Below are positions 1-7,599 of a stretch of 15,636 nucleotides of DNA, one piece after another. A program made the position numbers and the translations under genes. Each line of letters starts with the position of its first letter. Position 1 is the first letter of the stretch. This DNA is from Nitrososphaerota archaeon (GTDB taxonomy: Archaea > Thermoproteota > Nitrososphaeria_A > Caldarchaeales > Calditenuaceae): positions 1-15,636 of the forward strand of contig JAWBQR010000017.1 of assembly GCA_038845265.1 (NCBI GenBank), written 5' to 3'. The notes beneath the pieces were generated by a model. That model saw only the letters and a list, made by a program, of their open reading frames with translations. It searched no databases and had not been told where the DNA came from.

Positions 1-995
1 TAGGTCCGTCGGGTTGTGGAAAGACTACTACGCTTAAATGCATAGCTGGTCTTGAGAAGCCCACCTCTGGGAATATATACATTGACGATGAATTAGTAAA
101 CGAACTAGAACCATGGGAAAGAAATGTAGCTATGGTATTCCAGTTCTATGTAATGTATCCAAGACTGAAGGTATATGACCAGATAGCGTTTCCATTAAAG
201 GCGAGAAATGTATCTGATACAGAAATAAGAAGACGCGTATTAGAAGTGATAGAGAGAGTTAGGTTAAATAAAGACTTGTTGGATAAGCCAGTCTCTGCAT
301 TAAAGATCGATGAAAAGCAAAGGGTTGCAATTGCTAGGGCAATAATTCGAGAACCGAGAATATTTCTACTAGATGAGCCATTAACAAACTTAGATGCAAG
401 TCTCAGAATCCAAATAAGAGGTGAGATTAAAAAATTACTAGATGAACTGAAAGTTCCCACTGTCTACGTAACTCACGATCAATCTGAGGCAATGATTTTA
501 GCGAATAGGATTGCCGTAATGAATGAAGGGAAAATTCTACAATTTGATCTAAAAGACAAGCTATACAACAAACCTTCAGATCTTTTCGTCGCTACATTTA
601 TTGGGTCTCCACCTATGAATACTTTACAATGCTCAGTTAAGAGGGAGAATAATATGGTCTATGCAGATTCAGGAGAGATTAAGTTTAATTTGACCAATAT
701 TTTAGGAGATATAGCTAATCAGCTAGGTGAAGAAATAGTTATTGGATTTAGACCAGAACACATTGAATTTGGAAGTATTGAAGGCTTATCTAATAACTAT
801 TTGAAAATGTCATGTAAAGTATTGCTAGTTGAGAGAATAGGCGATAAGAATCTAATACATATGAGTCTAGGAGATAAATCTCTGATCGGACTTTCCAGAG
901 TTGCTACTTGTAGTGAGGGACAGAATATATATGTATTTGTAAATCATAAAAATTTACGTATATTCGATAAAAGAACAGGGAAGGCAATATTGTAA
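1..995 (+). CDS. Sugar/polyol ABC transporter ATP-binding subunit (MalK/GlpT-like), 5'-truncated by the window edge
   Basis: The frame of the 132..995 ORF is open back to base 3: GPSGCGKTTTLKCIAGLEKPTSGNIYIDDELVNELEPWERNVAMVFQF. Walker A GPSGCGKT (3-26), Q-loop VFQ, Walker B/D-loop FLLDEPLTNLD, H-loop YVTHDQ, FVATFIGSPPMN and a TOBE-type tail (GFRPEHI). The signature reads LKIDE instead of LSGGQ. Confidence 0.95.
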   Translation, partial: GPSGCGKTTTLKCIAGLEKPTSGNIYIDDELVNELEPWERNVAMVFQFYVMYPRLKVYDQIAFPLKARNVSDTEIRRRVLEVIERVRLNKDLLDKPVSALKIDEKQRVAIARAIIREPRIFLLDEPLTNLDASLRIQIRGEIKKLLDELKVPTVYVTHDQSEAMILANRIAVMNEGKILQFDLKDKLYNKPSDLFVATFIGSPPMNTLQCSVKRENNMVYADSGEIKFNLTNILGDIANQLGEEIVIGFRPEHIEFGSIEGLSNNYLKMSCKVLLVERIGDKNLIHMSLGDKSLIGLSRVATCSEGQNIYVFVNHKNLRIFDKRTGKAIL

Positions 996-1060
996 AACTA
1001 AATTGCGGAGAATTATATAGAAATTTAGTTAATAATTTGGAAATTGTTAATTTAGAAAAT

Positions 1061-1075
1061 TATCTTTATTAGATA
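1061..1075 (+). promoter_or_regulatory. Putative TATA box for a leaderless SBP transcript, embedded in a TATCT-N5-AGATA inverted repeat
   Basis: TTTATTAG at 1065-1072 lies about 25-32 nt upstream of ATG 1097. Purine run GAAAA lies just upstream and there is no SD before the ATG. Confidence 0.4.
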
Positions 1076-1096
1076 CTGTATTTATCACGTATTGCA

Positions 1097-2737
1097 ATGA
1101 AAAATACATCTAGAAGAAATTTTATAAAATATATTGGCACTGGAGTTGTCGGTCTTGGCATAGGATATGTCGGCGGTCTTTTGACACCAATGAGACCTGA
1201 AACACAATATGTAACTTATACAAAGACAGAATATACGACCATCACGAAGCCTATAACAGTAACAACGGAAGCGCCGATTACCACAATCACGACAAAAGAA
1301 GTTGATTTAAGGGAGCCATTCTTAAATTGGTCTTTAAAAGAAGCAGCAAAACCTTATAGAGGAGCTTCCATAAGGATGGTTGGAGAATTTCTGCCACCAT
1401 TAGAAGCAGTAGCTAAATTAAAAGACATCTTTGAAGACGAGACAGGAATCTCGGTCGATGTCGAAATGTACGAAGAGACAGAAGTAGTAGAGAAAGTTGC
1501 TTTTGATCTGGCATCGGGTGCTGGAATATATGACGTAGTTGCTCAACCATTTGGTAAACTTGGAAAACTTGTTGAAAACGGTTGGCTAGTCCCTCTTGAA
1601 ACCTTTCTCAAAGATCCTAAATTAACACCGCCGGGTTTTGACCCAGATAGAATTTATTTCAAAGGGCGTTTAGGAAAAGCGCCGTGGGGCAAAGATTTAA
1701 CGCAAGGAATTTATAGAGCACTGGCTGAGTACAAAGGAGTACTTTATGGATTAATTGACAAATGTCATTCAAGGAGACTTTGGTATAGAAAAGATTTGTG
1801 GTTTGATCCAAAACATAGAGAGAAGATTAGAGAGAGATACGGATTTGAATTGAAGGGCCCTGAGGATGTTTGGGATTTGACTACAGAACAATATAAGATG
1901 CTATCAGAATATTTCACGATGGGAGCTGATTTTCCATTGACAAAATATGGAACATGTATTGAAGGAAAAAGACATCCAGCTTTATATTATTCCTTCTGTG
2001 AGTGGCTTTTCCAGTTTGGTGGTGGATTTATTGACCACTCCTATCCATACGAATATGGTAAAGTAATAATTAATCAACCCGAAGCTGTTAAAGCTCTAGA
2101 ATATATGAAGAGTCTTGTACCATATTGTCCGCCTGGAACCCTCGAATACTTCTGGGATGATGCAATGGCAGCATTTCAAGGAGGATTAGTCGCTCATACC
2201 ATAATGTGGGAAGACGCTTCCTACGCTATTGTTGACCCCTCAGTCTCAAAAGTTGCAGCTGAATTAGGAGCACGCAAGGCATGTGGATTTGGACCGCTTC
2301 CTTATGTTCCCGAAAAAGGAATAAGAAGCTTTAAAACTCATGGATGGACTGATTCAATTCCATATTCGAGTAAAAATAAAGAAGCAGCCTGGCTATTTAT
2401 GTTATGGCTCTCATCATTTCCTGTAGATTTAGAGAAGCATTTCATTGGAGGAGTCTCGGGAAGACCTGATGTATGTAAATACATCGTGGAAAATATAGAT
2501 AGATTAGTGCAGGAGGGACGTACACTTCCTGGCGTCGAAGAATACACTGCGTCATACATGAAAATGTATGAAGAACATCAATATGTCCCATGTCCTACAT
2601 TTCCTGAGGCAGACATAATAATGGAAGTAATGATCGAGAATCTATCATTAGCACTTACTGGACAACTAACCGCAAAAGATGCTCTTGACCAAGCAGCAGA
2701 AACAATTGTAAGAAGGATACCAAAACTCACCCTATAA
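1097..2737 (+). CDS. ABC transporter substrate-binding protein (carbohydrate family 1, GlpV-like) with twin-arginine signal/anchor and Thr-rich linker
   Basis: N-terminal SRRNFIK followed by a hydrophobic Gly-rich helix, then the linker TQYVTYTKTEYTTITKPITVTTEAPITTITT. SBP motifs include EAAKPYRG, FEDETGISV, WYRKDLWFD..RYGFEL, SKNKEAAWLFMLWL and TAKDALDQAA. Confidence 0.92.
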   Translation: MKNTSRRNFIKYIGTGVVGLGIGYVGGLLTPMRPETQYVTYTKTEYTTITKPITVTTEAPITTITTKEVDLREPFLNWSLKEAAKPYRGASIRMVGEFLPPLEAVAKLKDIFEDETGISVDVEMYEETEVVEKVAFDLASGAGIYDVVAQPFGKLGKLVENGWLVPLETFLKDPKLTPPGFDPDRIYFKGRLGKAPWGKDLTQGIYRALAEYKGVLYGLIDKCHSRRLWYRKDLWFDPKHREKIRERYGFELKGPEDVWDLTTEQYKMLSEYFTMGADFPLTKYGTCIEGKRHPALYYSFCEWLFQFGGGFIDHSYPYEYGKVIINQPEAVKALEYMKSLVPYCPPGTLEYFWDDAMAAFQGGLVAHTIMWEDASYAIVDPSVSKVAAELGARKACGFGPLPYVPEKGIRSFKTHGWTDSIPYSSKNKEAAWLFMLWLSSFPVDLEKHFIGGVSGRPDVCKYIVENIDRLVQEGRTLPGVEEYTASYMKMYEEHQYVPCPTFPEADIIMEVMIENLSLALTGQLTAKDALDQAAETIVRRIPKLTL

Positions 2738-2740
2738 TAC

Positions 2741-2750
2741 TTATTTTTTC
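2741..2750 (+). terminator. Putative archaeal oligo-T terminator after the SBP gene
   Basis: TTATTTTTTC starts 4 nt after the TAA stop at 2737. Confidence 0.4.
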
Positions 2751-2786
2751 CATACAACTATATTTTGATAAGGGTGAGCATTTCAA

Positions 2787-3815
2787 ATGGAGAAAATAGT
2801 AACAATAATTGGAGACCCACAACTACCGTCAAAATACATATATGAAGTGATGAAAAGTCTTGAAGTTTATGGACTAAGGTTTGTATGTCATGATTGGATT
2901 ATCGACACAAGCTTAGAAGATTTTACAAATATCGTACTGGAGATAGAAAGAGGATCGATAGAGAAATTTGTTTTGCCCACCGAGGTCATAGATGACATCA
3001 TAAAATCGGAAATTTTAGTAGTGCATTATGCACCAATATCTAAAGAAGTTATTAAAAATAGTAAAAAATTAAAAATAATATGTTGCGCTAGAGGAGGAAT
3101 CGAGAATATAGATTTAGAATATGCCAAGTCTAAGCAGATCCTGATACTTAGAGCTCAGGGGAGAAATGCAAACGCTGTTGCTGATCTAACGATGGGGTTA
3201 ATAATAGCCATTAACAGACGAATCTTGGATCATCACCTATCTGTAATGAGGGGATATTGGCCAGTTCTGCCGCCTAATGAATTGCCCCATGACTTGAGTG
3301 AGTTAACATTGGGACTCATTGGGTTTGGACAAGTGGCTAGAGAAGTAGCGAAGAGAGCGAAGGCATTCGGAATGAAAATATTAGCTTACGACCCATACGT
3401 CCAGCAAAATGAATTTGACAATGCCGGTGTACTCAACGTTAATCTTGAAGATTTGCTGAAAAATTCAGATGTTGTGTCTCTACATGTAAGATTGACTAAA
3501 GAAACTCGCCATTTAATAGGTGAAAAAGAATTAAGGTTGATGAAAAATACAGCATATTTAATAAATACTGCTCGAGGAGAACTAATAGATGAAAATGCTT
3601 TAGTTAAAGCATTAAAAGAAGGATGGATAGCTGGCGCTGGACTTGATGTATTTACTGAAGAACCACTGCCGCCTAATCATCCCCTGCTTAAGCTAAACAA
3701 TGTAATACTAACACCTCATATAGCGGGATTTACGTGGGAAGGACAAGTCATAAATGGACCAAGAATCATCACTAAGCAACTCGAAGAACTCTTACAAAAG
3801 GGACATATAAAATAA
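2787..3815 (+). CDS. NAD-dependent D-isomer-specific 2-hydroxyacid dehydrogenase (RGGxEN subgroup, B. subtilis YoaD-like)
   Basis: Rossmann GLIGFGQVA and YDPY; DVVSLHVRL; catalytic Arg (NTARG), Glu (GLDVFTEEP) and His (TPHIAG); ARGGIENID and RNANAVAD. SD GGTGA at 2773-2777. Confidence 0.92.
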   Translation: MEKIVTIIGDPQLPSKYIYEVMKSLEVYGLRFVCHDWIIDTSLEDFTNIVLEIERGSIEKFVLPTEVIDDIIKSEILVVHYAPISKEVIKNSKKLKIICCARGGIENIDLEYAKSKQILILRAQGRNANAVADLTMGLIIAINRRILDHHLSVMRGYWPVLPPNELPHDLSELTLGLIGFGQVAREVAKRAKAFGMKILAYDPYVQQNEFDNAGVLNVNLEDLLKNSDVVSLHVRLTKETRHLIGEKELRLMKNTAYLINTARGELIDENALVKALKEGWIAGAGLDVFTEEPLPPNHPLLKLNNVILTPHIAGFTWEGQVINGPRIITKQLEELLQKGHIK

Positions 3816-3828
3816 CATAATAATACCA

Positions 3829-4947
3829 TCATAAGATGCCAGTATTTTTTAATAGAGATACAGCTTCTTCTTTATTGATTGGTCTCTTATGCAATATCGT
3901 ATACCTGTTAGGCCTTAGTTTGTACCCCTCAACAAGAGCATCAATTAACACGTCTAACTCTACACCGAGCCTCTCAACAGTTACAGGTGCATTAATTTTC
4001 TTAAGCATGCTTTTAATATAATACCATTGATATTTTTCATCCAACCACCAATTCTTATTATATTCCGAATGATACATACTCATTAGGATTGTTGCCAATC
4101 CGACCTGCTCACCATGCATGGCCGGGTTTCGACTACTAATATCGATATAATGGGATATCAGATGTTCTGAGCCAGAATTTGGTCTAGAAGACCCAATCAT
4201 GGCCATCGCCAAGCCAGACTTAAAGATACTCATTGAAAAAGCAGCAATATCTATACCGCCCTCATTAATGAACTTCGTCACCTCGTCATATGTCATAAGC
4301 GATAGCCTCGCTGCCGTCGGACAATAATACTCATTTTTTTCGTCCCTCGCTAATTCCCAATCCTTTAGAGACGTTGCTTTAGCAAGCATGTCTCCACAAC
4401 CCGCAGCAATCATCCGCTTAGGCTGCGACCTTAAAATTTTTAGATCGAATATTGTTGCTAACGGTGACCTACATGGATAGGTCTCTTTTTGGCCCGCTTC
4501 ATTTATTATTGAAGCCGTAGCAGACACTATTCCGTCGTGAGATAGTGTAGTCGGGACAGATATAAAGGGAATATTTCTTTTGTACGATGCCAGTTTGCAT
4601 GTATCTATCACACTACCACCCCCTACCGCTATGGAGATATCAATATTGCTCATCGACCGCGCAACTCTATTTACTTCCTCAATAGTAGGTTTAAGTATAG
4701 TGTATTCCGTGACTGGTATGTTATTTTGCCTGAGTATTTCTATTAAATGAATACCGGCAATCTTCCTTGTTATCTCATCGTCTACCACAATTGCAGATCC
4801 TGATAAGTTTAACTCTTCTATAACATCCAAGATATAGTTAACAGCATTCTCACTTAAGAGAACCTTCTTTATGTATATTTCATGTGTTTTACCACATTCA
4901 CATTGAAATCTTTCCCCTAGTCTTATTCCGAATGATTCGAGATTCAT
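3829..4947 (-). CDS. egsA: sn-glycerol-1-phosphate dehydrogenase family protein (EgsA/AraM-like)
   Basis: GGGSVIDTCK, PFISVPTTLSHDGIVS, AGCGD..KDWELA, SSRPNSGSEHLISH, HGEQVG and RPNRYTIL all match EgsA-type motifs. Start moved from TTG 4974 to ATG 4947 because SD GAGGT (4955-4959) lies 7 nt upstream of it. It may be a paralog rather than the lipid-synthesis ortholog. Confidence 0.85.
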   Translation of the reverse strand: MNLESFGIRLGERFQCECGKTHEIYIKKVLLSENAVNYILDVIEELNLSGSAIVVDDEITRKIAGIHLIEILRQNNIPVTEYTILKPTIEEVNRVARSMSNIDISIAVGGGSVIDTCKLASYKRNIPFISVPTTLSHDGIVSATASIINEAGQKETYPCRSPLATIFDLKILRSQPKRMIAAGCGDMLAKATSLKDWELARDEKNEYYCPTAARLSLMTYDEVTKFINEGGIDIAAFSMSIFKSGLAMAMIGSSRPNSGSEHLISHYIDISSRNPAMHGEQVGLATILMSMYHSEYNKNWWLDEKYQWYYIKSMLKKINAPVTVERLGVELDVLIDALVEGYKLRPNRYTILHKRPINKEEAVSLLKNTGIL

Positions 4948-4984
4948 ATTTTTTACCTCTAAAATATTTTTCAAATTCCTTCAA

Positions 4985-6568
4985 TTAAGGTTTTCCATTA
5001 GATGCGTCTTCTTTAAGTAAATTAGTATTAGTCTTTAATCTTGAGAAAATGTTTTTTAGCGAATAATAAGAATCAAGGTATATTTTGTAAATTTTGGAAT
5101 AAAGATTGTACAAATCTTCTTCAGGACTTATAACTTCTCTATATCTGACTATATCGAAGACAAGCTTATCAAGATTCTTCTCTAACCCTACCCCAACAAT
5201 CGCAAGTAGACACGCCCCATAAGGAGTTACATCCTCTATTGAGGGGGATTTAACAGTTATTCCAGTAACGTTGGCTCTTGTCTCTAACCATATTTTTCCT
5301 CTGCTACCTCCACCTGCTACAACCAAATACTTTGTCTTTAATCCAAGTTCATTTATCTTTTCAATAACGTCTCTGACAACAAAAGCCGTACCCTCTATTA
5401 TTGCTCTGATAAAGTGGCCTCGAACATGATAGGGCGTAATTCCGAGAAATGTTCCTCTGGCATCTGGATTCCATTCTGGAGTAATAGAACCTGAATAAAA
5501 TGGCAGAAACAATAAACCTCCACAGCCTGGCTCCACGAGTTCCGCCTCTCTATTCATTAACTCATAAGGATTTATTCCTATCCTATTAGATTCACTACGT
5601 AAATCTTGTCCAAAATTCTTCAAAAAATGCGAATAAATTCCGCCTGAAAGAATTCCAGTATTTTCTAGTAGCCACTTATCAGGATGGGCATGCGCATGTA
5701 ACTCTAACGTCATAGATGGATCAAATATAGGTCTATCTACAGGCGAAACTATCGGCTCTGCCGTACCAATTATGTCCAGAACACTTCCCTCTTCTAAGAC
5801 GCCTGCACCTATCGCGCCTACTTCTTCATCGCCTCCACCAGCTATTACTGGTATTCTAGGTTTCAATCCAGCCTTGACAGCCACCTCTCTACGAAGATCA
5901 CCTACAATATCGATAGATGACTTAATTTCAGGTAGTCTCGATATATCAACTCCGAATAACTCGCAGATTTCTTCAGCCCATTTTCTCTTTCTAATATTGA
6001 AAAGCATAGTAGTTGATGCATTTGTATAGTCAGTGACGACGTTGCCTGTTAAAAAATATAGGATATAATCATTTGGTGATAGAAATTTCCATGTATTATC
6101 GTAAATCTCTTTCCTATTATCCCTTAACCATAAGATCTTCGCCGCCGGATGGGAAGGATCAATAACTAGTCCAGTAATGCTATAGAAATCCTGAGCATCT
6201 ATGAGACTCTTAATTTCTTCGACTTGTTTCACTGCCCTGCGGTCTATCCATATCAATGCTTTATGCAGCGGTCTTCCCTCTTTATCAATAGGTATTAGAC
6301 CATCGATTTGGCTACTTATGCATATGCCTTCAATATTTTTTGCGATAGATTCTCCAAGATTAGAAATTAAGGATGAAGTTGATTTAAGGAAGGCATCTTC
6401 CCAGATCAGTGGATTTTGCTCTGCCCACCCCGGCATGGGATGCTCGGCTTCATAATTTGTCGAGTGCGAACCTACTATTTGGCCCTCAACATCACATATC
6501 ATGACCTTTAGCCCGCTTGTTCCTACATCAACGCCCATAACCAATGTGTTAGACGCCCTCAATAACAT
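4985..6568 (-). CDS. FGGY-family carbohydrate kinase (xylulokinase-like fold, substrate unknown)
   Basis: GVDVGTSGLK, PGWAEQNP, IWIDRRA, KILWLRDN, DYILYFLTG..TDYTNASTTMLF, VIAGGGD, LLFLPFY.G..TPEWNPDARGTFLG, RAIIEG, GGGSRG. GGTGA abuts ATG 6568, so the TTG at 6562 may be the real start. Confidence 0.93.
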   Translation of the reverse strand: MLLRASNTLVMGVDVGTSGLKVMICDVEGQIVGSHSTNYEAEHPMPGWAEQNPLIWEDAFLKSTSSLISNLGESIAKNIEGICISSQIDGLIPIDKEGRPLHKALIWIDRRAVKQVEEIKSLIDAQDFYSITGLVIDPSHPAAKILWLRDNRKEIYDNTWKFLSPNDYILYFLTGNVVTDYTNASTTMLFNIRKRKWAEEICELFGVDISRLPEIKSSIDIVGDLRREVAVKAGLKPRIPVIAGGGDEEVGAIGAGVLEEGSVLDIIGTAEPIVSPVDRPIFDPSMTLELHAHAHPDKWLLENTGILSGGIYSHFLKNFGQDLRSESNRIGINPYELMNREAELVEPGCGGLLFLPFYSGSITPEWNPDARGTFLGITPYHVRGHFIRAIIEGTAFVVRDVIEKINELGLKTKYLVVAGGGSRGKIWLETRANVTGITVKSPSIEDVTPYGACLLAIVGVGLEKNLDKLVFDIVRYREVISPEEDLYNLYSKIYKIYLDSYYSLKNIFSRLKTNTNLLKEDASNGKP

Positions 6569-6582
6569 TCACCAAATCGATG

Positions 6583-6765
6583 TTAAAACATTAATCCAAT
6601 TATAATATAATATGCCCAAAAAGTCCAGATCAATATTGCTATCGTCCAAAATGCAGTCTCACCTTTAGTGAACATCTTTCTTTTCTTGTTCCAGTTTATG
6701 AAGACGAAATCAAAAATTAATGCTATGCAAAGAACAACGACGTTGTAGAGGTGTACTAGCTCCAT
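6583..6765 (-). CDS. Small two-TM membrane protein, GlpU/DUF2160-like ABC accessory subunit candidate
   Basis: Two hydrophobic segments separated by NWNKKRKMFTKGET. Strong SD GGGGTGA (overlapping the upstream stop) 9 nt before the ATG. It lies directly after the second permease, the position of glpU in glpSTPQUV. Confidence 0.7.
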   Translation of the reverse strand: MELVHLYNVVVLCIALIFDFVFINWNKKRKMFTKGETAFWTIAILIWTFWAYYIIIGLMF

Positions 6766-6774
6766 TTTTATTTT

Positions 6775-7599
6775 TCACCCCTTCACAGCACCAAACGTTA
6801 ACCCTCTTACTATATATCTCTGTAGTAGATACGCCGTCAATAATACTGGTAATGATGTTAGGACGGCGACTGCGGCGATTTGTCCCCATAGGGTCCCATG
6901 TGGTGTTACTAGGCCTGCTATAGCAACCGGAAGCGTCTTTGCCTTATTGCCAGTCAACAATAATGCATATAGAAACTCGTTCCAAGACATCACGAACACG
7001 AACAGTGCTGTAATTGCTATTCCTGGACCACAGAGTGGGAGTATTATCTTGAATGCTGTCTCTAATGGATTGAGCTTGTCCAACCATGCAGCCTCGTCTA
7101 AATCCCTTGGTATATCGTCAATGAAGCCCTTGATTAACCACATCGCGAATGCTAAATTGAAAGCAGTATGTACTAAAATAACTACTAAATGTGTGTCCCA
7201 TAACCCAGCACTTGAGAACATCAAGAATATAGGCACAGCCACTAGTACACCGGGCCCCATTCTAGTAGTTAGAATTACGAAGAACATATGATTATCACCT
7301 CTAAGCCGCATGCGCGAAAATACGTAAGCAGCTGGAAATGCTAGGAGTACTACAAGCGCTGTTGTTCCCAAAGCTATTAGTAGGCTATTTAAAAGATAGA
7401 TGGTAAAGCCGCGTTCAGAGAATGCATAAATATAGTTATTTAGGGTCGGTTCAAAGAATATCTTTGGTACAGTGGTTAAAGCGTCTGCCCTAGTCTTAAA
7501 CGAAGTTATCATGAGCCAAAGATATGGAAATATATTAATTAGCACGAACATCACTAAAAAGACCGCAACAACATAAATCATTTTTCTTGCCATATGCAT
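6775..7599 (-). CDS. Carbohydrate ABC transporter permease (MalG/GlpQ-type)
   Basis: PYLWLMITSFKT, PTLNNY, YLLNSL, EAA loop IPRDLDEAAWLD, SWNEFLYALLLT, TLPV, QRYIVRGLTFGAVKG. The second ATG (7593) is better spaced from GAGGT. Confidence 0.95.
   Translation of the reverse strand: MHMARKMIYVVAVFLVMFVLINIFPYLWLMITSFKTRADALTTVPKIFFEPTLNNYIYAFSERGFTIYLLNSLLIALGTTALVVLLAFPAAYVFSRMRLRGDNHMFFVILTTRMGPGVLVAVPIFLMFSSAGLWDTHLVVILVHTAFNLAFAMWLIKGFIDDIPRDLDEAAWLDKLNPLETAFKIILPLCGPGIAITALFVFVMSWNEFLYALLLTGNKAKTLPVAIAGLVTPHGTLWGQIAAVAVLTSLPVLLTAYLLQRYIVRGLTFGAVKG

Noticed and set aside
132-134. ATG 132 as ATPase start (and likewise TTG 15456 as surface-protein start)
   Set aside because: Both frames stay open to the window edges. 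Walker A lies upstream of 132, and no signal peptide follows 15456.
4985-6568. Calling the kinase glpK or xylB
   Set aside because: The diagnostic substrate-site motifs of both are absent, so no symbol was assigned.
146-7291. Short opposite-strand ORFs in the island (146-460, 2338-2559, 3836-4021, 5772-6029, 6201-6455, 6720-6923, 6947-7291)
   Set aside because: They lie antisense to well-supported genes and have no recognisable motifs.
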